From contig CAVZLN010000006.1 of NCBI GenBank assembly GCA_963776245.1, positions 384,001-448,000 of the forward strand: a stretch of DNA of 64,000 nt, written 5' to 3'. This document shows, piece by piece, positions 34,469-43,888 of this stretch. The translations under genes and the position numbers were made by a program. Each line of letters opens with the position of its first letter. Position 1 is the first letter of the stretch. The notes under the pieces were generated by a model. The model saw nothing but the letters and a program-made list of their open reading frames with translations, was not told the DNA's origin and did not search any database. Origin of the DNA: Candidatus Eiseniibacteriota bacterium. Lineage in GTDB: Bacteria; Eisenbacteria; RBG-16-71-46.

Positions 34469-35668
34469 CTAGAAGCCCACCCCGATGGTCGCCACCACCC
34501 GATCGTCGTACGACGTCGCCTTGCCCGCGCGGGCGAAGGCGCGGCGCACCACCGCGAGGTCGAGGCGGAACTTCTCATCGAACCGCCAGCCGGCGCCGAG
34601 CGTGTACACGCCGGCGCGCGGCTCGGGCACATCGGTCTGCGTCTCCTGTCCGCCGCCGAGGCGGAGCGTGAGCGGCTGCTCGGGCTCGGTGTACTCGAAG
34701 CCGAGCGACCACTGCGTGGCGGGACCGGCCCGCAGACCGGGGCCCCAGAGTGACGCCGGCGGCGGGACCACGGCGGGGCGCACGCCGGGCGCGTCCTCGA
34801 ACGTCTGTTCGCTTCGTCCGCCGGCCTGCGCGAGCAGGCGGACCGCGGCCGAGATCGCGAGCCGCGCCGAGACCCCGGCTTCCAGCGCCGAACCGCGTCG
34901 CACGCTGAGCGGCGTGTCGGAGTCGCCGGAGAACAGGCGCAGCGTCTGCTCGCCGGTCAGGGTGAGCGCCGGCACGGTGTGGAGCGCGGCGCCGAGCGTG
35001 AGGGCGCGACCGCCCAGCACCACGAACTCGGCCCGCCCGCCGGCCGCCACGCCATAACCGGTGCCCGAGAGCTTGACCTCACGCGTGCCCTGGCCGGGAT
35101 CGCCGGACACCTCGGTGTACTGGTAATCGTCATCGCGCCGGTTCCACTCGCCCGCCACACCGAGCCGCCATGCGCCGGCGCCGAACGACGCTCCCACGCC
35201 TCCGCGCATCTCGCGCTGGGTGGAGGTCGCCGTGACCACCGCCGAGGGCCCGCCCTCCTCGCCCCGGATGAACGCGATGTCCTCGCGCCGCAGCACCGGC
35301 TGCCAGCCGTAGGCGAACAGCGACATCCGGCCGGCCGTGAACGCGAGCCAGTCGCCCGACACGTCGAAGAACGGCGTGTCGTCGAGCTGCCGGTTGGCGG
35401 CGCGCAGGTCCTGGCGGCTCACCCGCTGGAGCAGGAGCGAGGCGCCCAATCCGTGCGCCGGGGCCATCGCGGGGTTGAGGAACGGTTCGTCGCCCAGCCA
35501 CCGGTCGGCCAGCGCCATGCCGCTCGAGGTCGCCGTGGTGGTTCCGAGGACGCTCCCGGGGAAGGAGTGCAGCTGGGAGCTGATCGGGGAAGGGGCCTGC
35601 GCGAGGGCCGGACACGCGCCGAGCAGCGTACCCGTCGCCGCGGCGAGGGACAGCATGAGTCTTCGCAT
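34469..35668 (-). CDS. outer-membrane beta-barrel, FadL/PorV-like
   Basis: Signal peptide, hatch-like ATSSGMA...FLNPA motif, amphipathic strands, C-terminal Phe (VATIGVGF). Confidence 0.6.
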   Translation of the reverse strand: MRRLMLSLAAATGTLLGACPALAQAPSPISSQLHSFPGSVLGTTTATSSGMALADRWLGDEPFLNPAMAPAHGLGASLLLQRVSRQDLRAANRQLDDTPFFDVSGDWLAFTAGRMSLFAYGWQPVLRREDIAFIRGEEGGPSAVVTATSTQREMRGGVGASFGAGAWRLGVAGEWNRRDDDYQYTEVSGDPGQGTREVKLSGTGYGVAAGGRAEFVVLGGRALTLGAALHTVPALTLTGEQTLRLFSGDSDTPLSVRRGSALEAGVSARLAISAAVRLLAQAGGRSEQTFEDAPGVRPAVVPPPASLWGPGLRAGPATQWSLGFEYTEPEQPLTLRLGGGQETQTDVPEPRAGVYTLGAGWRFDEKFRLDLAVVRRAFARAGKATSYDDRVVATIGVGF

Positions 35669-36886
35669 TCACGCTCCGTACTTGTCGAGACGCCCGGCGT
35701 TCGCAAGCAGTACCGCGATGAGGTCCCGGCTGGCAAGGACATTCAGGCTGCCGGCGCGGCAGGCCGACTCGTGGAACCGGGGCGCGGCGTCGGCCCCGGC
35801 ATGCGGTCCCAGCACCAGCACGGGCACCGGATGCCAAGAGTGGCTCTTCATCGACACCGGGGTGGAGTGGTCTCCTGTGATGCACAGCACGTCGGGTTGC
35901 AGCGCCATGAGGGTCGGCAGGGCGGCGTCCACCTGCTCGATGGCCTTCACCTTGGCCTCGAAGTCGCCGTCCTCGCCGGCCATGTCGGTGCCCTTCACGT
36001 GGATGAAGAAGTAGTCGAAGTCGGGCCACCGCTGGCGGGCGGTGGCGAACGCGTCGCCGGGGGTCTCGCCGGTGGGCTGCACGCTCATGCCCGCCAGCTG
36101 CGCCACCCCGCGGTACATCGGGTACGACGCGATCGCGCACGCGCGCAGGCGGAAGCGCTCGGCATAGCCGGGCAGGTGCGGACGCGCCGACAGTCCGCGC
36201 AGCAGCGCGGCGTTGGCGGGTGTCTCGTCCTTCAGCACCTCGGTGGCGCGCTCCAGGAAGCGGTTCGCGATCCGCGCGGTCTTCTCGGCCCCGGGGGTGG
36301 ATCCGAGCGCGTGCGCCGCGGGCACCGGCTTGCCCTCCCGGTGGGGATCGGCGTCGCTGACCTCGCCCGCGAGCCCGGGTCCGCGCAGCACGGCGACGAA
36401 TCGGTGGCCCTTCCCCGCCTGGAGCAGGAGGTCCACGTCCTCGATGCGCGACACGCTCCCGCGGAGCCGCTCCACCAGCGCGGCGCACCGCTCGCTGGAG
36501 ATGCGGCCAGCGCGGCGGTCGATGACCACGCCCGCAGAGTCGACGGTGCAGAAGTTCGCGCGTGCGGCGACGTCCCCGGGCTTCAGCTCGATGCCGGCCC
36601 CGAGCGCCTCGAGCACCCCGCGCCCGACCACGGTCGTGACCGGGTCATAGCCGAACAGGCCGAGATGGCCCGGCCCGCTGCCGGGCGTGATGCCCGGGGC
36701 GACCGGGAGCAGCCGGCCGAGCGCGGCCCGCGGGGCGAGCGCGTCGAGGTTCGGGGTGCGCGCGGCCTCGAGCGGCGTCCTCCCGTTCCTCGCCGGGTGG
36801 GGCAGGTCGCCGAGACCGTCGAGCACCAGCAGCACGATCTTCGTGGTGTGGTCGATGACGAGCGATTCGAGCACGGAGCTGGACAC
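35669..36886 (-). CDS. apgM: 2,3-bisphosphoglycerate-independent phosphoglycerate mutase (ApgM type)
   Basis: LDGLGD, TPLEAARTPNLD, PGSGPGHL..FGYDP, HVKGTD..GEDG, TGDHSTP, HSWHPVP. Confidence 0.92.
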   Translation of the reverse strand: MSSSVLESLVIDHTTKIVLLVLDGLGDLPHPARNGRTPLEAARTPNLDALAPRAALGRLLPVAPGITPGSGPGHLGLFGYDPVTTVVGRGVLEALGAGIELKPGDVAARANFCTVDSAGVVIDRRAGRISSERCAALVERLRGSVSRIEDVDLLLQAGKGHRFVAVLRGPGLAGEVSDADPHREGKPVPAAHALGSTPGAEKTARIANRFLERATEVLKDETPANAALLRGLSARPHLPGYAERFRLRACAIASYPMYRGVAQLAGMSVQPTGETPGDAFATARQRWPDFDYFFIHVKGTDMAGEDGDFEAKVKAIEQVDAALPTLMALQPDVLCITGDHSTPVSMKSHSWHPVPVLVLGPHAGADAAPRFHESACRAGSLNVLASRDLIAVLLANAGRLDKYGA

Positions 36887-37020
36887 GGCGCACTCCTTCT
36901 TCCCTGGACGGGCGGACGGATCCGGCTGGCGCGGGATCGCGCGGGAGCCGGGGCGCGGCGACTCTAGCGAAAAGCCCGGGGCCGTGCGAAACCCGCCCGG
37001 GGGGCGTGGGTCGGCATGCC

Positions 37021-37049
37021 TTGTCGCCCCTCACGGGCTCCCGTAGACT
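37021..37049 (+). promoter_or_regulatory. sigma70-type promoter for hbd-proC
   Basis: TTGTCG-17 nt-TAGACT. Confidence 0.45.
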
Positions 37050-37110
37050 GCCGCGCCATCCCCGCTTCCGATCCGACACCGCCCATCCGCTCCACCAGGA
37101 GGTCCGTTCC

Positions 37111-37977
37111 ATGGCGATCCAGAAGGTCGGCGTGGTGGGCTGCGGCCTCATGGGCCACGGCATCGCGCAGGTCAGCGCGCAGGCCGGTTTTCCCACGGTC
37201 GTGCGCGAGGTGTCCCCGAACGCCCTCGCGAAGGGCATGGGCATGATCGAGAAGTCCCTGCGGGTCGGGCTCGAGAAGGGCAAGCTCACGCAGGAGGCGA
37301 TGGACCAGACCCTCGCCCGCCTCCGGGGCACGGTGGAACTCGCCGAGCTGGCGGGCTGCGACCTGGTGATCGAGGCGGCGAGCGAGAACCTCGCGCTCAA
37401 GCGCGACCTGCTCGGCGCGCTGGACGGGATCTGCGGCCCGGGCGCCATCTTCGCGTCGAACACCTCGAGCCTCTCGGTGACCGAGATGAGCACGTTCACC
37501 CGGCGCCCCGAGCGCGTCATCGGTCTGCATTTCTTCAATCCGGTCCAGTTGATGAAGCTGGTCGAGGTGGTGCGCACGCTGCGGACCGACCCCGCCGCGC
37601 TCGCCGACGCGAGCGCCTGGTGCGTCGCGCTCGGCAAGACCGTGGTGAGCACCGGCGACTCGACCGGGTTCGTGGTCAACCGCCTGCTGGTGCCCTACAT
37701 GATCGACGCGATCCGCGTGTTCGAGCAGGGACTCGCGAGCCGCGACGACATCGACAACGCGATGCGCCTCGGGTGTGGCTACCCGATGGGCCCCCTGTTG
37801 CTCGCCGACTACGTCGGGCTCGACACCACCTTCGCGATCGCCGAGATCATGTTCGACGAATTCCGGGAGCCGCGCTTCGCGCCCCCGCCCCTGCTCAAGC
37901 GGATGGTCCTGGCGGGCCGCTTCGGCCGCAAGAGCGGACGCGGGTTCTACGACTGGAGCACCCAGCCACCGTCGTGA
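37111..37977 (+). CDS. hbd: 3-hydroxybutyryl-CoA dehydrogenase
   Basis: GCGLMGHGIA, SNTSS, GLHFFNP, GFVVNRLL, PMGPL, GRKSGRGFY; AGGAGG RBS. Confidence 0.92.
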   Translation: MAIQKVGVVGCGLMGHGIAQVSAQAGFPTVVREVSPNALAKGMGMIEKSLRVGLEKGKLTQEAMDQTLARLRGTVELAELAGCDLVIEAASENLALKRDLLGALDGICGPGAIFASNTSSLSVTEMSTFTRRPERVIGLHFFNPVQLMKLVEVVRTLRTDPAALADASAWCVALGKTVVSTGDSTGFVVNRLLVPYMIDAIRVFEQGLASRDDIDNAMRLGCGYPMGPLLLADYVGLDTTFAIAEIMFDEFREPRFAPPPLLKRMVLAGRFGRKSGRGFYDWSTQPPS

Positions 37978-38057
37978 ACCGGCGCGGCCGGGGCCGGGTC
38001 GAGAGGCTCGGTCGGCGCCGCCCGGACTCCGCGCCTTCACCCCCGCAGGAGGGATCC

Positions 38058-38891
38058 ATGAGCACTTCCCGCATCGCCGTCCTCGGCGCGGGCAAGCTGG
38101 GCGAGACGCTGGTGCGCGGTCTCATCGCCGCGGGCCGCGTCCGGCCCGGGGACGTGACCGTGACGGCCGCTCACCCGGAACGGGTCGCCGACCTGGAACG
38201 GCGCCTCGGTGTCCGCTCCGCGCCTTCCAACGCCGCGGCCGTGGCGGGCGCCGAGCTGGTGCTGTTGTGCGTGAAGCCCCACCAGGTGGACACCGTCCTG
38301 CTCGAGATCGCGCCGGTGCTGGGAGCCGAGCAGCTGCTGGTGTCGTCCGCGGCCTCGGCGAGCACCGCTTACATCGAGCGGCGCCTCGCCCCGTCGGTGC
38401 CGGTGGTGCGGGCGATGCCGAACACCCCCGCGGTGCTCGGCAAGGGGATGACCGCGCTGTGCGCAGGCACCCACGCGAGCGCGGCGCACGTGGCGCGGGC
38501 GCGCGAGGTGTTCGACGCGGTGGGACGCACCCTGGTGCTCGACGAGCAGCACATGGACGCCGTCACCGGGCTCTCCGCCAGCGGGCCGGCGTTCATCTTC
38601 ATCATCATCGAGTCGCTGGCGGAGGCGGGCGTGAAGGTGGGTTTGCCGCGCGCCATCGCCACCGAGCTGGCGGCGCAGACGGTGATGGGCTCGGGCGCGA
38701 TGGTGATCGAGACCGGCGAGCATCCCGCGAAGCTCAAGGACGAGGTGACCACGCCGGGGGGCACCACCATCGACGGCATTCTCGAGCTCGAGGACGGCGG
38801 CCTGCGGGTCACGCTCATCAAGGCCGTGGTGCGGGCCACCCAGCGGGCCACCCAGCGCGCGCGCGAGCTCGAGGCGGCGGCGCCGCGATGA
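38058..38891 (+). CDS. proC: pyrroline-5-carboxylate reductase
   Basis: LGAGKLG, VKP, RAMPNTP, SGPAF, VTTPGGTTI. Confidence 0.93.
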   Translation: MSTSRIAVLGAGKLGETLVRGLIAAGRVRPGDVTVTAAHPERVADLERRLGVRSAPSNAAAVAGAELVLLCVKPHQVDTVLLEIAPVLGAEQLLVSSAASASTAYIERRLAPSVPVVRAMPNTPAVLGKGMTALCAGTHASAAHVARAREVFDAVGRTLVLDEQHMDAVTGLSASGPAFIFIIIESLAEAGVKVGLPRAIATELAAQTVMGSGAMVIETGEHPAKLKDEVTTPGGTTIDGILELEDGGLRVTLIKAVVRATQRATQRARELEAAAPR

Positions 38892-38904
38892 TCGCGGCGC
38901 CGGC

Positions 38905-39429
38905 GTGAGCACCCCGCCGCTCGCGCCGCTGCGCGAGGTGGTCGCCGCGCTGGAGGGCTCGGGACTGGCGTGCGCGCTCGGCGGCAGCGGCCTGCTCGCG
39001 GCGCTGGGCCTGGTCGGGCACGTCAACGACTGGGACCTCACCACCGACGCGCCGCTCGAGGATGTCGAGCGCGCGCTCACCGGGCGCGTGATCGAGCGCG
39101 CGGGCCCCTCCGGCGTGCATGCCGACCACAAGGCGATGCTGGCCGCCGCGCGCACCGAGGTCATCGCGCGTTTCGCGCTCGTGGCCCCCGCGGGCCCGGT
39201 GCGCATCCCCACGGTCGTGACCGGGCGCTGGGAGGGGGTGCCGCTTGGCAGTCCCGAGGCGTGGGCCGTGGCCTACACGCTGATGGCACGGGCGGCGCGA
39301 GCCGACCTGCTGTTCGCCCACCTCGCCGGGTGCGGGGTGGACGAGATCACGCGCGCGCGACTGCTCGACGAGCCGTTACCGGTCGCCCTCGCCGCCCGCC
39401 TCCGGTCGCTGCCGTCCCGCCACGGCTGA
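38905..39429 (+). CDS. small nucleotidyltransferase-fold protein
   Basis: ALGGS...NDWDL matches the hG[GS]-x-DhD pol-beta NTase signature. Confidence 0.6.
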   Translation: MSTPPLAPLREVVAALEGSGLACALGGSGLLAALGLVGHVNDWDLTTDAPLEDVERALTGRVIERAGPSGVHADHKAMLAAARTEVIARFALVAPAGPVRIPTVVTGRWEGVPLGSPEAWAVAYTLMARAARADLLFAHLAGCGVDEITRARLLDEPLPVALAARLRSLPSRHG

Positions 39430-39471
39430 GCCCCGGCGCGCCGCGGCGCCGCACCGCGGGCCGGATGCGCG

Positions 39472-39498
39472 CGGGGCCGGTCATCGCGACCGGCCCCG
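39472..39498. terminator. hairpin between convergent NTase gene and metK
   Basis: cggggccggtc-atcgc-gaccggccccg. Confidence 0.5.
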
Positions 39499-39519
39499 GC
39501 CCCGTCGAAGCGGCGACGC

Positions 39520-40668
39520 TCAGACCTCCCAGGGCAGTCCGGGCTTGCCGAAGTGACCGTAGTTGGTGGTCGAGCGGTAGATCGGGCGCAGCAGGTCCAG
39601 CTTCTCGATGATGAGCCCGGGCCGGAAGTCGAAGCGCGGACGGTTGCGCCTGTCCTTCGACCGCACGAACGACTCGGCCTTGCGCGGGTCGCCGGTGCCG
39701 AAGGTGTCCACCTTCACCGAGAGCGGCTCGGCCCTGCCGATGGCGTAGGCCACCTGCAACTCCGCGCGACGCGCGAGGCCCGCCTTCACGATCTCGCGCG
39801 CGACGTGGCGGCAGTAGTAGGCCGCGCTGCGGTCCACCTTCGACGGGTCCTTGCCGCTGAACGCGCCGCCGCCGTGGTGCGCGGCGCCGCCGTAGGTGTC
39901 GACGATGATCTTGCGGCCGGTCAGCCCGGCGTCGGCCGAGGGCCCGCCATGGTGCCACTCCCCCGCCGGGTTCACGTAGAGCTTGATGCCGTCGCGGTCC
40001 CAGCGCCCGAGCACGCGCGGCATCAGCGTGCCGCGCACGTAGTCGCGCACCTGCTCGACCTTCGAGCCCCGGGTGTGCTGGGTCGAGACCAGGACGGCCT
40101 CCACCCGCACCGGCTTGCCGGTCGCGTCATAGCGCACCGTCACCTGGGTCTTCGCGTCGGGGCGCAGGAACGCCACGCGCCCCTTCACCCGGTCCTCGCG
40201 CAGGCCGCGCCCGAGCTTGTGGGCGAGCAGGATCGGGAGCGGCATGAGCTCCCGGGTCTCGTCGGTGGCGTACCCGAACATGATGCCCTGGTCTCCGGCG
40301 CCCTGCTCCTCCTTGGACTTCTTCCTCGACTTGCCCCCGCTCACGCCGCGGTCGATCTCGTTCGACTGGGCGGTGAGCAGCGAGGTGATGAAGAGCGTGC
40401 TGTCGCAGAACGGCTCGCTCGGATCCGTGTATCCGATCTCGCGCACCGCGCGGCGCACCACGGCCTCGGTGTCCACCCGGACGCCGGGCTTCGCGCTGAT
40501 CTCCCCGGCGACCACGACCTGGTTGTGCTTCACCAGGGTCTCGCAGGCGACGTGCGCCTCGCGGTCCTGGGCCAGGTAGGCGTCGAGGATGGAGTCGGAG
40601 ATGTAGTCGCAGACCTTGTCCGGATGGCCTTCGGTCACCGATTCGCTGCTGAAGAGATAGCCGCTCAC
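39520..40668 (-). CDS. metK: S-adenosylmethionine synthetase
   Basis: SESVTEGHPDK, GAGDQG, DAGLTGRKIIVDTYGG, GGGAFSGKDPSKVDRS. Confidence 0.97.
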   Translation of the reverse strand: MSGYLFSSESVTEGHPDKVCDYISDSILDAYLAQDREAHVACETLVKHNQVVVAGEISAKPGVRVDTEAVVRRAVREIGYTDPSEPFCDSTLFITSLLTAQSNEIDRGVSGGKSRKKSKEEQGAGDQGIMFGYATDETRELMPLPILLAHKLGRGLREDRVKGRVAFLRPDAKTQVTVRYDATGKPVRVEAVLVSTQHTRGSKVEQVRDYVRGTLMPRVLGRWDRDGIKLYVNPAGEWHHGGPSADAGLTGRKIIVDTYGGAAHHGGGAFSGKDPSKVDRSAAYYCRHVAREIVKAGLARRAELQVAYAIGRAEPLSVKVDTFGTGDPRKAESFVRSKDRRNRPRFDFRPGLIIEKLDLLRPIYRSTTNYGHFGKPGLPWEV

Positions 40669-40744
40669 GTCGTGTGCACCTCGCGTCGGGGTTCCAGGAG
40701 ACGCGCCGGGCGCGTCGGGGACGATGAGGGGAGCGCGGCGGCGG

Positions 40745-41164
40745 CTACTCCCCGATGACCTTGATGAGCACGCGTTTCGTTCGGCGGCCGTCGAACTCGC
40801 CGTAGAAGATGCGCTCCCACGTGCCGAGATCGAGCCGCCCGGCGGTGATCGCCACCACCACCTCGCGCCCCATCACCTGGCGCTTGAGGTGGGCGTCGGC
40901 GTTGTCCTCGCCGGTGTCGTTGTGCCGGTACTGCGAGGTCGGCGCGTGCGGCGCGAGCCGCTCGAGCCACTGCTCGTAGTCGTGGTGAAGCCCGGATTCG
41001 TCGTCGTTGATGAAGACGCTCGCCGTGATGTGCATGGCGTTCGCCAGCACCAGCCCCTCCCGCACCCCGCTGGCACGCACCACGCGCTCGACCTCGTGCG
41101 TGATGTTCACGAAACCGCGCCGGGTGGGGACATCCATGGCCAGGTACTCGGTCCGGGACTTCAT
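40745..41164 (-). CDS. yjbQ: YjbQ/UPF0047 family protein
   Basis: [41 protein letters not shown]. Confidence 0.9.
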   Translation of the reverse strand: MKSRTEYLAMDVPTRRGFVNITHEVERVVRASGVREGLVLANAMHITASVFINDDESGLHHDYEQWLERLAPHAPTSQYRHNDTGEDNADAHLKRQVMGREVVVAITAGRLDLGTWERIFYGEFDGRRTKRVLIKVIGE

Positions 41165-41352
41165 CGGCGGCGCACTGTACCACGACGGGCCCCGCGTCGC
41201 GGAGTCCGGATGTCCGCCGGGTGGGCGCATCGGGAGCCCGCCCGGCGCGGAATCCCACGACGCGGGGCCCGTTCGCCGGTTGACCCACCCCGGCGCTTTG
41301 CTAGGCTGCTGCGCGGTCCGACGGTCCCGCGACCCTTCACCAGGAGCCTAAC

Positions 41353-42579
41353 GTGCCCACCAGCGGATTCCCCGACATCGTCATCGTCTCCGGCGCCCGC
41401 ACCCCGATGGCCGAATGGATCGGCGGCAAGCGGGGCGACGGGCTCAATGGCGGCGCGCTCGCTCCGCTCTCCGCCATCGACCTCGGCGCCGCCGCGGCCC
41501 GTGCCGCCATCGATCGCGCCGGCGTGCCGGCCGGGCGCATCGATCACGTGGTGTTCGGCAACGCGCTGCAGACCTCGGGCGACGCGCTCTACGGCGCCCG
41601 CCACGTCGCGCTCAAGTCCGGGCTCGACGAGAGCACCCCCGCGCTGACGGTGAACCGACTGTGCGGCTCCGGGATCCAGTCGGTCGTGAGCGGAGCGCAG
41701 ATGCTCCTGCTGGGCGAGGCGCAGTGGGTCCTCGCCGGCGGCATGGAGAGCATGAGCCAGGCCCCGCACGTGCTGCGCGGCGCGCGCGCGGGGCTGCGGC
41801 TCGGACCGGGGTCGATGCTCGAGGACGCGCTGTTCGTGGCGCTCAAGGACAGCTTCTGCGGTCTCTACATGGCCCAGACCAGCGACAACCTGGCACGGAA
41901 GTACGGCATCACGCGCGAGCACCAGGACGCGTTCGCGCTGAGGTCGCACGTGCGCGCGAACGCCGCTAATACCAGCGGGCGCTTCGCCGAGGAGATCGTC
42001 GCCGTCGATGTCCAGCAGGGCAAGCGGAGCGTGCGGGTCGAGAAGGACGACCATCTCTTCCCCGCCACCACGCTCGAGCGCCTCGCCGCCCTGCCGTCGG
42101 CGTTCGGTCCCGAGTCCATGGTGACCGCAGGCAACGCCTCCGGCGTGGTGGATGGCGCCGCGGCGCTGGTGGTGACCACGGACGCCAACGCGCGTCAGGA
42201 GGGGCGCGCGCCGCTCGGTTTCGTGCGCGCGTGGGCGAGCGTCGGCGTGGATCCGGCGACCATGGGCTTCGGCCCCGTGCCGGCGATCCGCAGGGTGCTC
42301 GAGAAGGCCGGGCTCGGGCTCGAGCGGATCGACCTGTTCGAGATCAACGAGGCGTTCGCCGGCCAGTACCTGGCGGTGGAGAAGGAGCTCGGGCTCGATC
42401 GCGAGAAGGTGAACGTGAACGGCGGCGCCATCGGCCTCGGCCACCCGTTGGGAGCCACCGGCACGCGGCTGATCCACACCCTGCTGATCGAATTGGGCAG
42501 GCGGCAGAAGCGGTACGGCATCGCTTCGGCGTGCATCGGCGGTGGGCAGGGCATCGCGCTGCTCCTCGAGCGGGGCTAG
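41353..42579 (+). CDS. acetyl-CoA C-acetyltransferase (thiolase)
   Basis: NRLCGSG, GGMESMS, TAGNASG, NEAF, GHPLGATG, CIGGGQG. Confidence 0.93.
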   Translation: MPTSGFPDIVIVSGARTPMAEWIGGKRGDGLNGGALAPLSAIDLGAAAARAAIDRAGVPAGRIDHVVFGNALQTSGDALYGARHVALKSGLDESTPALTVNRLCGSGIQSVVSGAQMLLLGEAQWVLAGGMESMSQAPHVLRGARAGLRLGPGSMLEDALFVALKDSFCGLYMAQTSDNLARKYGITREHQDAFALRSHVRANAANTSGRFAEEIVAVDVQQGKRSVRVEKDDHLFPATTLERLAALPSAFGPESMVTAGNASGVVDGAAALVVTTDANARQEGRAPLGFVRAWASVGVDPATMGFGPVPAIRRVLEKAGLGLERIDLFEINEAFAGQYLAVEKELGLDREKVNVNGGAIGLGHPLGATGTRLIHTLLIELGRRQKRYGIASACIGGGQGIALLLERG

Positions 42580-42648
42580 CCCCCTGGCGGACGGCCGCGA
42601 CGGACCACTTGTCCGCACGCGCCGGTTCGGCTAAACCTCCAGACTCAC

Positions 42649-43854
42649 ATGGACCCGCACGCGCTTCGCCCCCGCCCCGCCATGGCCTGGCTGCGGCTCG
42701 GCACCTTCGCCCTGCTCGCGCTGCTCACGTGCGGCGCGACGACGCCCCCCTCCCCGCGTCATGCCACTCCCCCGGCCACGCGCCGCGCCGCGCGCGCTCC
42801 GGCTCGCGCCGCACCGGCCGCGCCGCCGCGGGCCGTGCCGGCGATCGAGCGCGGGAAGGAGGCGCGCGTCGCCGAGGAGAACGGCCTCTACGCCCGCGCC
42901 GCGGCCGAGCTGCGGACGCTGCGCGCCGGGGTCGCCCCGGATGCCGACCTCGACCTCGCACTGGCGCTCGACGAGGCGCGCTGCGGACGTCTCGACTCGG
43001 CCGCCGTGCTGCTCGGGAGCCCGCTCATGGACCGCGCGCTGGCGGATTCGCTCCCGCTCACGCGGCGCCGGCTGCTGCCGTGGGTGCGCGAGGGGCTGTG
43101 GGTGAATGGACGATTCGACGGCTGGCACTGGTACGTGGCGCGCGCGCGCTTCGAGGTGGCGTACGAGCAGCGGCGCTGGGACGACGCGCGGCGCGCGGCG
43201 CAGGCCTGCGTGGCCGCCCGCCCGCTCTCGGGCGCGGACTGGCTCGCGCTGGCTCTCGCCACCGCGCGCGCCGGGGACGACGTGCAGGCGCGGGACGCCG
43301 CCGAGCGCGCGGCAGGGCTCGATCCCGCGCTGCCCGAGGCGCAGTACGTGGTCGGGCTGTACGACTGGCGCGCGGGACGGCGCGCCGAGGCCCAGGCGCG
43401 CTTCCGTGCCGCGGTGGCGCTCGACTCGCTCGAACGCGGGCCGGCGCTGGCGCTGCTGCACGTGCGCATGCCGGGCGGCGCGCCCGACTCGCTGCCCGCG
43501 ACCTTCCTGCGGGGGGCGCGCGAGGTGACGATGCTCACCTCGCCCGAGCGCCCGAAGTTCGAGGAGCTGGTGCAGTTCGACACCCCTGCCCACCTCGCGC
43601 AGTCGGCCCGGGTCCCGCTCGACAGCGCGTGGGTGGTGCGCATCCACGCGACCGAGATGCTGCTGCCGGTGCTGGTCGACGAGCGCGGCCGCGCGGTCGC
43701 GCACACGCTTCCGTGGCTCACCGAGGACCGCATCCCGGGGGCCGCGGTGGCCGCGCTGGTGGGCTCGCTGCCCGGGTGGAGATTCACGCCGGCGGTCCGC
43801 GGCGGCATCCCGCAGCGCGCGTGGGTCATCCTCCCTTACCGACTGGATCAGTGA
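42649..43854 (+). CDS. exported TPR protein with a TonB C-terminal-like domain
   Basis: Hydrophobic N-terminus with LLTC; TPR-like helices; C-terminus VLVDERGR...WRFTPAVRGG.P...WVILPY. Confidence 0.6.
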   Translation: MDPHALRPRPAMAWLRLGTFALLALLTCGATTPPSPRHATPPATRRAARAPARAAPAAPPRAVPAIERGKEARVAEENGLYARAAAELRTLRAGVAPDADLDLALALDEARCGRLDSAAVLLGSPLMDRALADSLPLTRRRLLPWVREGLWVNGRFDGWHWYVARARFEVAYEQRRWDDARRAAQACVAARPLSGADWLALALATARAGDDVQARDAAERAAGLDPALPEAQYVVGLYDWRAGRRAEAQARFRAAVALDSLERGPALALLHVRMPGGAPDSLPATFLRGAREVTMLTSPERPKFEELVQFDTPAHLAQSARVPLDSAWVVRIHATEMLLPVLVDERGRAVAHTLPWLTEDRIPGAAVAALVGSLPGWRFTPAVRGGIPQRAWVILPYRLDQ

Positions 43855-43888
43855 TCCGCGGCCCGAGCGCCGCGGGAAAGGAGCCCCG

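Noticed and set aside
40669..41352. SAM riboswitch upstream of metK or yjbQ
   Set aside because: No SAM-I core sequence recognised, and the spacer before metK is short.
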